NCBI GenBank assembly: GCA_002189035.1
Contig: NEEC01000023.1
Span: forward strand, 682,001 to 746,000
Source of the DNA: Utricularia gibba
Lineage: Eukaryota > Plantae > Magnoliophyta
Length of the DNA: 64,000 nt
Direction: 5' to 3'
The first letter of the stretch is position 1. Every line of letters starts with the position of its first letter. A program made the translations under genes and the position numbers. Under the pieces are notes generated by a model. It was given only the letters and a program-made list of their open reading frames with translations. It was not told where the DNA came from and did no database searches. Shown in pieces: positions 50,980-63,389 of this stretch.

Positions 50980-52951
50980 ATGGCAGACGAGTTTCATCTG
51001 GGGAGTGGAAACTGGTGGGATACACCGACCACCAGTTCGGCAGCCACCGCCTCCTTCGATACTCCTCCTCCTCCTCCGCTGCCGCCGTTGACGCCGTCGA
51101 TTTCAACGACGCTCAATGCGATCGCTAGCTTCGGATGGGCGTCGGAGATGAAGCCCAACTCGGCCGTCGATTCCTCCTCTATGCTCCTCCGCCACAGCCA
51201 CTCTGATGCAGCTCCCGATCCCCACCTGCGGATACTGGGTTTCGCCCAACAAGCGCAGGCACAAGAATGGAACCAGGCTTCTTATTTTCTGTAATCTCAT
51301 CCTTCTAAGTTTCTTTGTTTCTTTTTTGGGTCGTTATGTGAATTGTTTCGTGTGTTTTGGTCTTATGGGTAATAGCAGAGGCGACAAACCAGAGACCGGC
51401 GATTTCCGGTCGAGCAGTTCTAACTTCAGCCAGGAACATTGGAGCGATTCCGCCCATTACCGTAGAATAATGAATCCGGGGTTTTCCAGTAGTGATTTCA
51501 GTTCTCAGTCCTCTTCGAACCAGGAAGGCTCACAGAGCCTGACCCCATACGGCGGCGGCGGCGTTTCGTTACACGAGGAGCCCCAGGCTCAGAATCCAAA
51601 CCAAAATCTGTCAATGATGACGATGATGAACAACTACGCGGCACCTGAGTGTTGGAACAGTTACTCTCCGTTGATAAGAGCAAGGCCTTCAAGGACTCAC
51701 TTGCATTTCACAAACAACACTCCCTTTTGGAATGCTTCTGCTTCTGCATCTCCTTCTTCGTCTTCCATGCCTGGACCCGATGCTGGAGACCCAGCTTTCA
51801 TTCCGGACCCCGATACACAGACCCGAATCCCTCCTCCTCCATCTTATGCGCAGAAACTCAAGGTAACACTCGCCAACTCAAATTAGGGTTTCTTCCTCTT
51901 GAAAACAAAAACTTCTTTCACTCGTCGGTGTCTACATTCAAGGGTTTCATTTGTTCTTTTTTATCAGAAAAAAACCCCCATTACAAAGAAAACCGACACG
52001 GAGCCGGCTTCCACCACCAAACGGCCTCGTCCCGAATCCTCTCCGCCTCTCAAGGTTCGGTCTCTGCAACAAGCTCGACTTAAGCTAACACTTGTCTTTC
52101 TTTGCGTACTGCCAGTTCCTTGAAAAAAATCTTGGAGCGCTGCTTATCAGTTCTTCTTGCAAAAATTTATTCAACTTGATGTTGCTTCCACTTGCAATTC
52201 AACCAGGTGAGGAAAGAGAAGGTGGGAGACAGAATAAGTGCACTTCAACAATTAGTCTCGCCTTTTGGAAAGGCAAGTAGGGAGTCTTGTAGTATGAATA
52301 TGTTATTTTCTACATTTTTTTTTCATTTCCAGCTGCTAGTAGTACTGCTACTTGGAGTAGTGGATTCCATCCATCTCATCTCATCTCATCATCTCCCTTT
52401 TTGTTTATTATTATTTTTTTTTTGTTTACTTCACCAGACTGATACGGCCTCTGTGCTCTCTGAAGCCATTGAGTACATCAAATATCTCCATGATCAAATC
52501 CGGGTACGTCTTCCCATCTGAAATACGAGCTCCGGCATGCGTCTCATCTGTCTTATAATCACTACTTTTCCCCCATTCTCGTCCCTTTTGTGTTTTTTGT
52601 TAGTCAGAGGAAAGCATTTTGTAACTGTACCTATTTCGTAACCCCAGGTCTTGACTACCCCTTACCTGAAAAATCAGACTGCAGTAGCTCCCACACATCA
52701 CCACCAGGTACTGAAAATCTCCCTTAATTTTCGAATTATGAAGTCAATCATCTGCTAATCATTAAGGCACAAGCACATTTTGCCTTTTCCAGAATAGTCT
52801 CACTATTGACAGATCAAAGGAGGAACAAGGCTGTCACTCGGATCTCAGAGCCCGAGGTCTCTGTCTGGTATCCGTGTCCAGCACCTTCCCGTTATGCCAC
52901 GAATCGTCTGTCGAATTTTGGACCCCAACCTTTGGGACTTCTTTCAGATAG
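50980..52951 (+). CDS. bHLH transcription factor (bHLH112/bHLH123-like), multi-exon
   Basis: MADEFHLGSGNWW, HFTNNTPFWNAS, KVRKEKVGDRISALQQLVSPFGK|TDTASVLSEAIEYIKYLHDQ and DLRARGLCLV..FWTPTFG motifs. Confidence 0.92.
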
Positions 52952-55071
52952 GAATCAGTTCACAGGAAACCAAAGATATTGTGTGTAGTCTAGTCAGCCC
53001 CCCTCACTGAGCCGTACACGACTTCTACTTACATGTGTATTCATGCAATAAGTAATGATGTACGAGGTTGAGCATTCGGTAACAGGATTTCCCACTCTCG
53101 ACCCTCACTAATCATACCGTGCTTGCCTTGATATCTTAACTTAGCACATAAGGGAAAGCTTTATTCAAGGAAGATGATGATGCGTAGAGAGAGAGGAGGG
53201 ATTCTCAGGTTAGTGCTTTCAGCCGAATGGTCGCATTCGGGTGCTTTCATTGGATGAGCATGCACATGAAGGGCCCTACTCCTCCAATACAAATACATAC
53301 ACAAATATCTTTACCCATTTGATTGGATGAGCGTCGCAAAAAGTTACAAAAAAAAAAAAAAGAACAGGGCTACTTTTTTGTACGACTAAACGAAAGAGTG
53401 GAAACAGAGTTACACTGTTTGTGGGAGTTTTGTTGTCGTTCATTTTTGTATGGTTTGGCTTCTGCTAAACCCCTTTTCTGTGGTCCTGAAATTTGGCCTA
53501 TAGCGCTGTTTAAGTAAAACAAGGCATGCGTCACGCATCAAAATTGAAACTGGTGAAGTTCTGCCTTGGTTTAACCATGCATCGTCACTGGGCCAATGAG
53601 CTCTTTAGTTATAGGGTAGAATCGGTGGTTCTTATTTTGAGGCCCCAAATCCGCCATCGCTCTCAAAGAAAGTCTGTTATGAGCCAAGTGTGTTTGTAGT
53701 GTATTGTGAACATGAGACTGAGATCTGTGGATACAGTTGTGAAGAGAGGTGGATCCTGCATGAGTTAACTGGAAAATGGACAGGACAGGAGATTTTTGAA
53801 GAGTAGAAAAATAAGGAGGAGGACCAGTTCATGACCTGCAGACGGGTTGTCATCCATGAGGTATTTCTACTCAAGGTGAATGTCGCAGAGGAAATCTGTG
53901 AAAAAGGCCTACACAGTCCAGCTGGGCCGACCGGTAGCCCCTGGAAATTCGAAGCATCAGTGAGTGAAACGACACATGTGCGTGCGGGCGTATGCCATTA
54001 CTCCTCAGTTCACTCACTCCCCTTGTCCCCATGGTGCATGTTCAAGGAAGTGTCGTGTGCATGGAAGACGCGGACGTGGACGCGGCCCGACAATTGTTCC
54101 CCATAGATTCATTCACCTGATTCTCTGGGAAGATGAAACCTGCCTGGCTGCTGCTGCTTAAACGCATCTTCCCTTTTCTTTCTTTCTTTTTTTTTTTCTT
54201 TTTCCGAAGGTAAAAGCAATGAATGATGTGTTACTCCTGGGGATTCGAATTTTGAATTTCACATGTGCTGAGGTGCCCCTGCAGGAGATTTTATTATTTT
54301 CCCATAAATAAAATGATATTAATCATCATCATCACAATGTCATCGGTCGAAACTAGTGGGAAGCCCAGCCGGGTAAGAGGAAAGGGCAAGAAGAGTTTAG
54401 GGTTTCTTTATTTACCCCACAGCCTCCATTGGCGCAATTCGCATCTCTTGCCCAATCCTTGGTGCGTCCGGACAAGAATGCGTGACAGTTATCTCGCGCC
54501 TTCTTTCCTATGGTTGCAAACTTCAATTGTTCCAAGTAATTTCCCAGGAGTGGTCCAGCCCGCAAGGGAGGATGTTGCATCCATTTGGACTAGTCAACTG
54601 CAATCCTTGTGCATGTCTACATGTTTTTCATGTGTGTTCTGTAGTCCCCCAGACGATAGTCTCTTTCAAGAATTGGTGGGTTTTTCATCTTTTTTTTTTG
54701 GTTCATCAGTATGTGCCGAAACATCTGATTTTGTTGAGTAGCCGGAAAGCACGTTACGTGCTTTTCTTCTGCTACCTTTTCTTCCTTGGGTGATCCGTTT
54801 AACGCATCCTGCTACGTTAAGGACTTGTTGCTCCTTCAGGATACTGGCTGATAGGCATTTGTGAGCCGTATGGGTATCTGAACCATGCTTAGAGAATTAA
54901 AGCTTCTGCTGCTGATGATTAGTAGTTTTTTTTTTTTTTCTCACGAAGCATTATTAGATCAGGTTTGGTGGCACTGCTTCCTTCACTGATCATTGTGTTC
55001 TATCTGCAGATTCAAACTTCATACATTCGCATGTGCTACTAGGAAAAGGGCTGCCAACACTCAGATGAATG

Positions 55072-56947
55072 CTATGATCTTCTCCTCTTTAAGCCCCACC
55101 ATTTCCACCGTTGTTTATCACCTTCATGCGGCCCCATTCGTCTTGCCCTTTCTCTGGCTTCTCTTAGCCGAAATCCAAAGTCTTTCTTCCATGCATCGAA
55201 CTTATGCTTGAGTGTCTGAACTTGCTCCAGAGGCTTTGGAGCAGATGGTGAATGCTTGGCCTCAACGATGGCTTGAGCTTCAAGATCAAAGAGCTGCTTG
55301 TGCTGCTCAAATTCATTAACGAGAGGAGCAACGGAATTCGAAGCAGACGCAGGAGTCTTGCTGTCTCGAAAGAGAATGTCCATGAATCTGACTGGCGAGC
55401 CACATCCTGGTGTCAAAGATCCCATAGATGTCTCTTCGGAATGAGGGGGTGACTGGGCTTCATATATGTGTTTTCGTAGTCCGTTTCCAGGATCCACAGG
55501 ATTCACTTTTGCTGTATCCAGTCTCATCTGCAAAAGCCAAAGAATTGCCTAAACCGGGTTGCAAGAGTTACAGAGGAGGGAAGTGACTTCTCCTACCTGT
55601 AGAAAATCTATCTTCTTTTGCCACATGTCCTCCATGGCCTTCATCTTGGACTCAAGATGACCAACTTGCTCCTTGAGAATTGTAATTTCCTTATCCCTTT
55701 CTCCAAGTGCTGTTTCCGCCATTAACACACGCCTTTGAAGTTCTTCAACAACCCCTGGTGCTGGAGGTGGCACATCCTGCTCCATTCACACAGAAGAAGG
55801 GTATCATTTGGGATGCTGCTTACACCCAAACCTACAATGTAATGGACATTTCTTAGGAATACTAACCTTGAACGGTGGTGCTGCTGGACTCTGTAGGCAA
55901 GCCAAAAGCTGCTGCCTTCTCACCAACCAACCACGAAGTACTGTAAAAGACAACATGGTGAGGGAAACGTTTACCCGATTCCCCAAAGCCGCTGCCTGCT
56001 ACAAGAACCTTACCAGACTGTATAAGCAGCACGGCTGCATCAGGCCGCTGATCACAATGTGACTTGCTACCATCCTCCGGCTTTCTCAAGTTTCGTCGGA
56101 TCTCCCTCCGTGCAATTTCACCGCGCACATCTGCAGAGTATTAGAAAGGATTTCTTCGGTCAAATAAAGGGGTGGACAGAAAGATTTAGCCTGTGATCAC
56201 CCTTACATGATTGCAATGTTGTTACTACTTCCTTCAGGTCATGAAATTCGCAATGTGCGTGAGGGGGAACTCGTCTTTCATCACTCTGTAAAACACCATC
56301 GGAAAGTTTTTGAAACACCGTGGATACGGACAGATCGAGACACAGAGATGATACTAGAAACAAAACAAGACTCCAACCCACTGTGCACAAACCATTAGAC
56401 CACAAACTGAACACTAAATAATGATGCAGATGATGCAAAAACATATGAAACTGGGCGATATTCGTGGCGTAATCTAGAGAAAAGAATCATGAATGTTTAA
56501 TTGTCGACAAAACAACATAGTGAATAGAGATCCAAGGAAAGATGAACGGATTACCAAAGGCCGGCAATATCCATTTTCATGTCTGGAGTCGCCGCCACCC
56601 GTAGCATCACAATCTGTTACTACTACAACTTCCTTCGGAGAAGCATTGGCTTCCTCCTGTGATTCCCCTGTCTCAATTTCCTTAGCCTGAAAACGGAAGA
56701 TACCTTTCTCCCACCCATTGCTCAAATCAGAACCTAATGGCCTCTGAGGAATGTCCGAATTTGCGGGAATGCAGCGCTTGGCAGACGACGGCGGCCGAGC
56801 CCGAGAATTAGGTTTGGGGCGCGCAGGAAGAGATGGGGGGTCGCAATTCTCGGGGTTTTCGAGCAACTTGTCCTTCCGCTGAAGAGACTCCAGCATTTCC
56901 TCCAAGGAACTACGAACGACAGGATTCGCGGAAACCGCAAACATCAT
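55072..56947 (-). CDS. Motor-less (headless) class VIII myosin-like protein: N-terminal extension + IQ motifs + coiled-coil tail, 6 exons, ~430 aa
   Basis: RSSLEEMLESL..PSLPARP..SRARPP N-terminus, IQ motifs LQSYVRGEIARR and IQSVLRGWLVRR, tail ELQRRVLMAE, MEDMWQKK, LKHKFDAWKKDFGFRLRE, KWWG. No motor-domain sequence in between. Confidence 0.85.
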
Positions 56948-57524
56948 GTCCAGATTCACCAGTTCGCGTCAACGAAATCCCACACCACTTTAAACTGGAA
57001 AAGGCAACAGAAATAGAGAACGGGAACCCCACATGAATGGATTAATGAGCGCTCCCAAAAGGAGCAAAATAAAGAAACTGAGAGCAGCGAAGTGGGGGAG
57101 GAGCATGCCCGCCACCTAAAAGCACAATCTTTGTCGCGTAACACAAGGAAGCAGTGGGGACAGCAACAGCAAACTCAGATCAATCGGACAGCGAAGTGAC
57201 TAAATAAAGAGCAACGAAATCAGTCGCCGTGCTTCAAGAACTTGCTCTTTTCATCATCCATGGCGGCAGCCGGCCGATAAACCCAGAGAAATCGAAAACG
57301 GAACACGTTGGCAGATTTGCGACCGAAGCTGTCCCAGAAAACAGTTTCTAACAAAATTATCCTCTTAATTATTCAGAAATTACGATTTTCTTAGCACGCT
57401 ACCCGTCCACACACGTCACAGGGTAGTTTGGGAAATCCAGCCCGGCTCCACGCTATCTATCAAAAAATTTCTAAGGAATTAAATTGAAAATCAAAAGTTT
57501 TTGGATTCGACTCAATTTTTAGAA

Positions 57525-57560
57525 AAAAAAATTAAAAATTAAAAATTAAAAATTAAAATT
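57525..57560. repeat. (AAAAATT)n short tandem repeat, about 4-5 units
   Basis: Read directly from the sequence. Confidence 0.7.
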
Positions 57561-58000
57561 TCTAAATTCAAAATTCAATTAAATAAAAAAAATGAATTTA
57601 ATTTATTTTTAAAGTAGAAGATTTTAGGACAAGGTCACGAGGGTCAGGTTGGCCGCCGTCCACACTTGTCCGTATTCAAAATTCGAACGCCCACGTGATT
57701 TCATTATCTATTTATTTATCAAATTTGACATAAATAACATGATTTAATAATCAGAAATAAAATTTACGGTATTTCCAATGGATTTAATCTGCTTCTAATT
57801 TTTAAATTGTTTAATTAAAATATAATTCACAATTTTAAAATTGAGAATGCGAAAAGATCCGTTTTTTAAAATCCCATGCTCTCTCCCTGGAGTCGTCAGG
57901 CACAGCCACACCAGCGATGTGGACGGGACGGGAGTGTTGTCTTTTGAGATGATCTTCGTCATCATCATTAGCACGAATGCACCTTGGGCTCCCCATCCCT

Positions 58001-60521
58001 TCACCTGCCTCGTGGGTTTACGAGTTGAGTGAAGACGGCGCTAGTGTCTGCATCTTCACCGAGTAAAGCAGCGTGTCGTTGCTGGGTTTCTTCTTCTTCG
58101 ACTAAACTCACGCCGCTGTTCTCATAAAGGGGGACTCCCATGATGTGATTCGTACTGTCATCGAACTCGTCCCTGTCCTTGAGGGCGGATGATGTCTCCT
58201 CCAGCTGCAGAGCATACTCCAGGTTCCACAGAACGTCTCCCATGGAAGGCCGATCGACGCTCTGATCCGCTAGACATTTCTTAGCCGTCTCCCCGAACTT
58301 CCTCAGAGAAGCTATATTCACTTTGCCGATAAGATTTCTGTCCATGATGTGCTCCAGCATTCCCTTTTTCTCCCAGCTCATTGCCCATTCCGCAATGTTC
58401 ACTTGATCTCTAGGGAGCACAGGGTTCAGAGCAGGCCTCGTGCAGACGACTTCCATCAGGACGACTCCGAATGAGTAGACGTCCGACTTCTCCGTCAGCT
58501 GCTGCCGCCGGAAATACTCGGGATCGAGATAGCCAAAGCTGCCCTTCACAGCAGTGCTTACGTGTGTCTGATCGAGGGACGGCCCTGTCTTCGACAGGCC
58601 GAAATCGGCGACCTTTGCGACAAAGTTTTCGTCCAGGAGGATGTTGGTGGTCTTTACATCACGATGGATGATGCTTTGAGGTCCTCCGGTGTGGAGATAA
58701 TGGAGCCCCGCGCGGCACCAATGCAAATCTCAAGGCGCTGCTTCCACGACAGTGGAGGGAGATCAGTGCCGTACAGATGGCTCCGAAGAGGGCCATTGGC
58801 CATGTACTCGTACACCAGTATCATCTCCAACCGCTCATCGCAATATCCGATGAGCGAAACGAGGTGGCGATGGCGAAGCTTCGACAGCATTTCTATCTCG
58901 GTTCGGAACTCTGCAAGTCCTTGTTCTGACCTTGGATTGCCTCTCTTGACGGCAACCTTCGTGCCACCTTCGATGGTTCCTTTATATACCCTTCCAAAAC
59001 CACCAACGCCAAGAAGCAAGCTTTCGTCGAACTTGTTGGTCGCATCCATTATCTCTTGGAATGTGAAGAAACGACCGAAGCTGGAGGGAGGAGCTGAGGA
59101 GTTGCAGCTCGGGGTGCCGCCCTTCTGTGGAGTGGTTGACATTTTTGTGACAGTGGAGGAGTTCCCATAGAAGGGAAGAGGAAGCCATGAATCCCGATGG
59201 GGCTCCTTAGACCTTCTAACCACTAAGCAAAGGCAACAGAATCCTGCCATCACTAACGCTGTGACAAGAGCCACAAAGGCAACAAGTATGCCCCTACTAG
59301 CGGCCTTGTGTGGCGACTGGAGAATAGCCTCCACAGCCTGAGATCCACTCAAGCTTCTAGCTCCATTGCTGATCTTCATGATCTCCAAACCATTCATGAT
59401 TGCATTGATCGAATCGCTGTTCGTATCCGGCCCAATGCTCACAGTTAGCGCATTTGAGCCAGCTGCAACTTTGGAGACAAAATCTCTGTAATATGGTGTG
59501 TCAAAATTCCCAGCAACATTCGACAAATCCAAGCTCCCAATGGCGATGTCAGTGTTGATGTAAACGTTGAATATCAGATCATTCAGCGATTTGCTCACAA
59601 TGTCACAAAAATGGACTCTCAACAAGTACAAGTAGCCTGGTTCAACAGGCAAGATCCAAGTGATGTTGAAGTTCACATTCACAACATCAGCATCCCCCAT
59701 GGTTTCTGCCGTGGCGTAAATGTAGTTTGGAGCTACTTCAGCTGAAACAGAACCGTATTTTATATCTGACGGATCGACGGAGACATTCACAGCAGCAGTG
59801 TTCATATGTAGATACTTGCCATCATTCTCCCATCTCCTTCCCAAAGTATCATTCTGAGGAGTGATCAAAGGACCCCCATATTCAAACGGTACACAGTCTC
59901 GAGTGCAAGGCTAGAGATTCCATGAAAAGAACCAAATGGAAACACTGTGATTGCCTGGTCAGGAATCAAGCTATTTGGAACAGATACAACTTCAATGGCA
60001 TTAACAAAAGCAGGTGAATTTTCCCCTGGAATGAACACAATAGACAAGGTATTGGAAGTCACGTTGATTGCATACTCCTTAAAAAGGTAAGAATCATTGT
60101 AACTCTGAAAACTGAAGTCGCGCAGAAGCACAAATTTCCCAGCAATAACGCTGATCGAAGAAGAAGACAGATTGTGGCCAGGGATGAGGTAGAAATGAAG
60201 GCGAATCCAATGCCGACCTTGCTGCTGAATATGGAATCTATAGGAAGTTGTGCTTGTAAAAATCCTTGCAGACTCAAGGATAGAATGTGGGGCTGTTGCG
60301 TTAGAAGTAACAGCCATAGAATTCCCTTGGGTCTTCATAGAAAACAAGGATTGGGCTGAATCTGGAGTGTAAATCTGACCAAGAAATGTCACATTTCGTG
60401 AAGATCCACAAGCAAGCAAATAGTTATCAGCAGGAACGAACGCAGCAAAGGATATATTACATTTCAGATAACCAGCGAACAATACGACTACAAGAGCAGG
60501 CGCCCACTTCCCTATTTTCAT
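58001..60521 (-). CDS. THE1: CrRLK1L receptor-like kinase (malectin-like ectodomain), THESEUS1-like, intronless; 1-bp shortfalls at 59873-77 and 58706-09
   Basis: FVPADNYLLACGSS, ETVYRLNMG-GPLITPQNDTLGRRW, NAIMNGLEIMKISN, TM helix, GVGGFGRVYKG, AVKRGNPRSEQGLAEFRTEIEMLSKLRHRHL, HRDVKTTNILL, DFGLSK, HVSTAVKGSFGYLDPEY. Confidence 0.93.
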
Positions 60522-61082
60522 AGCTGCTGGCTCAATCGAGAAAATGAATGACAAGAAAACCCAAAAACATGAGCGCCAAGAAGAGCCCACTACTTCCCAG
60601 ATACAGCTCCCGCTACAGATTGATGCTAAATGCCAGAAACTAAGAAATAACTCCCAGATCTACATTACGGCAATGCTGTTTCGGAGTCATTATACAACTG
60701 CTAACGTATAGCAGCACAGCTCATCGCTGTTCAGAAAAAGGATCGAGCTTTGTAGCAAAAGAAAGCCAGCAATAAAGACCCAAGCGATGAGGTGCATTTG
60801 AGCGCCACTACGTGACACCAACACTAGTATAGATGACCGGAAAACGCGTTTCCGCCATTGAGCAAACTCGTACGGCCGCAAAACCAAACATTTATGATGC
60901 AAACTAAAACCAAACTACCCCACGATCGTGATTAGCTGTCAAAATGCTCAGCAACTGGGAAAGTGAAGTTTGAAGACAAAACAAACAAAAAGAACACTTC
61001 ACTAAAAAAAAAACTGAAACTTCAATCTCCAGAAAGCTAGAGACTTAAATAAAAAAAAAGTCATATCTACCGTTTACAATCA

Positions 61083-61154
61083 GCGTTTGTAGTCCAACGG
61101 TTAGGATAATTGCCTTCCAAGCAATAGACCCGGGTTCGACTCCCGGCAAACGCA
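61083..61154 (+). tRNA. tRNA-Gly(TCC)
   Basis: Acceptor stem GCGTTTG/CAAACGC, A box TAGTCCAACGG, anticodon TCC at 61116-61118, B box GGTTCGACTCC, upstream CAA and downstream T4 terminator. Confidence 0.97.
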
Positions 61155-61345
61155 TGTTTTGGTTCCTTTTGCTTTTCACGACCCGAGGGACTTGTCCGTG
61201 GCCCGCCGATCCATTTGGCCGCTTTGCTTGCAACTTTTGAATTACTATCAAACGGTGTGTTTGTAGCTTAGCCACGCGATTCAAAAATTTAAAATTAAAT
61301 ATTAGCAGACAAAAGAACAGTTTGGCACCCAAAGAATCGGGTTAT

Positions 61346-62420
61346 TTACAAAACACCCCCTCCAACAGCCCACGCTTCAACCCCAAGACTTGGGCAATTA
61401 GTAATACTGCCCCATAAGGCATCATACGACCCGGCGTAACCATGGGGCAACCCGCCTAACCTCTGATCGCACCAGGCATCGTCTGGGAACCCTGAGATCC
61501 CAACCCCACCTTGATGCTCTGCAGCCATTTCTGAAACTAAAGCGCCCATCGATGACTCATCCAAGTAGCTGCTTCCGGATCCGGATCCGAATCCGAATCG
61601 GTGGTTAAGATGATTCATCTGCAACTTCTCTTCCTCCATGTAGAAGTTCTTGAAAGAGTCCGATGGCCCGTTTCCGCCCATCTGCGGGAGGGAATCGGCA
61701 CCGTCGTCGTACTTGCAGGGTGACGCTAATGCGGTTTCGAAATCGGAAACCGTCTCCTGCTTTCGGGCTGCGGAGTTCTTCTCGTAGATTCTACACAGCA
61801 CCCAATCATCCAACTGCAGACAACGATTAATTATCGTAAGTACACGGTTTGATTCAATTCAATTCGAACTGCGTTTGTCTGGGATCCCTGAATTCTCACC
61901 CTGGCGCTCCCATGCTTCCTCGCCAGATCCGACAATCTGTACTCATGCATGATCCAGTTCGTCTTTACGCCTTTAGGCGCTTTCCCGGTGTAAAAAACCA
62001 GAGCTTTCTTGATCCCAACTTTTCTCCCTTCCATTGTAACCACCTTATCGGTGCCTGTCGCCTTCCAGTAGCCGGATCCAGCTACTCTATTAGGCCGCGA
62101 ACCATTCGGATATTTCCTGTCTCTGGGACTGAAAAAGTACCATTCCTTCTCTCCAAACAAAGCCTTATCTGCAAAAGAAGAGAATTAGAACCAGAAAACC
62201 AGAACAAAAACTACCTTCAATCTGTTCCAGTACAACTAACCTGGGAGATCCCACGGATTGAACTTATACAAATCGATTTCTCCAATTATCTGTAGGGAAA
62301 AATGATGCCCAGAAACCTTCCGGCACAAGTACTGGACCAAAAGCTCCTCATCCGTGGGGTAAAACCGGAACCCCGGGGCAAATGAAGCTTCGATCGTGGA
62401 TCAGATTCTCTTGCAACCAT
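61346..62420 (-). CDS. NAC transcription factor, ANAC019/055/072 (RD26) subgroup, 3 exons; 1-bp shortfall at ~62375-78
   Basis: [23 protein letters not shown] (after restoring one base), [51 protein letters not shown]. Confidence 0.94.
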
Positions 62421-63093
62421 GTTCCTCTTATTCTTCACTCCTCAGGCAAGTTTACACCACTCCCAGGTTCCCCCTTCTCTTCCAGCGAAGAGGAGGAGAT
62501 GGGGAATATATATATAGAGAGGAGAAGGGTGAGAAAAGTGAATAGAGGATAAGAATGGCGGCCACTTTCGGGGAAAACATTGATCATGAAATAAACGACA
62601 CATAGTCTGCACTCTTCCTTTTTCTTTGGCGGTGGCGCAGCTGGTCTTATCGCAATTCCAAGGGAGCCCCTTGACGGCAGCTGGAGTCAAAAGGCGGACG
62701 TCGCGTGCGTGGATTTTGTTTACATATTAAAAATAGTTTTTTAACAGAACATAATTTAAAACTGCTAGAATTATTTTTAACAAAATCCATTCTCAAATAA
62801 TTTACACCTTTCAGCGGAATTTACAAATATAGTATTTATTACAAAAAATTCAATTTATGAATGAGATATGATTACGAATGAAAGTTATAAATATATTTAA
62901 TAATTTAAATTGATAAAAAAAAATACAAACGATATGCAATGATAAAAAAGATTGATGAATTAATTAATTTTAAACTTTTTTATTGATAATAAAATTACTG
63001 CAATCACATTTGCACCGAGCGACTCATGACTCTACCCACCTGATTTTAGGCGAAAGTGGATAAAGTTTTGAGGAGACGCGCCCAGGAAAATAC

Positions 63094-63317
63094 CACGTGG
63101 GGAATATGCATATGAAACGTGGGAGTTCAAAGGACACGTGGAGAAGATTTGTCAAAAGCTAGAGTTTTGTCGTGTAGCGGAGCAGCTCCAATTTTCAAAA
63201 ATCCGAAATATATTTTTTCCAGAAAAAAAATCTTGTTTTTTTAAGCCTTAGCTTTCCTTCCTGGAAGAGAGACACGTGGAAAGGATTTGTCAAAAGCTAG
63301 CAGTTTTGTCGTGTAGC
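63094..63317. promoter_or_regulatory. G-box/ABRE cluster with a duplicated ~45-bp module upstream of the RD26-like NAC
   Basis: CACGTG at 63094, 63135 and 63273. Module ACACGTGG..GATTTGTCAAAAGCTAG..GTTTTGTCGTGTAGC occurs at 63134-63178 and 63272-63317. Confidence 0.7.
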
Positions 63318-63389
63318 CAGACGAAATTCTAATTTAAGATCCAAATATTATTTATTTTATTTTTAGTTTTTAGAATAATATTTTTGCCC

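Noticed and set aside
56691-56707. GT...AG 17-mer in myosin exon 1 as a micro-intron
   Set aside because: It is too short to splice, and the frame reads through in a region resembling the myosin VIII N-terminus.
7460-62378. Mass pseudogenisation or programmed frameshifting of AHA1, POLD2, THE1, NAC, DPH5 and others
   Set aside because: Lesions are single bases in homopolymers, flanking sequence is fully conserved, and essential genes are hit. Sequencing error is far more parsimonious.
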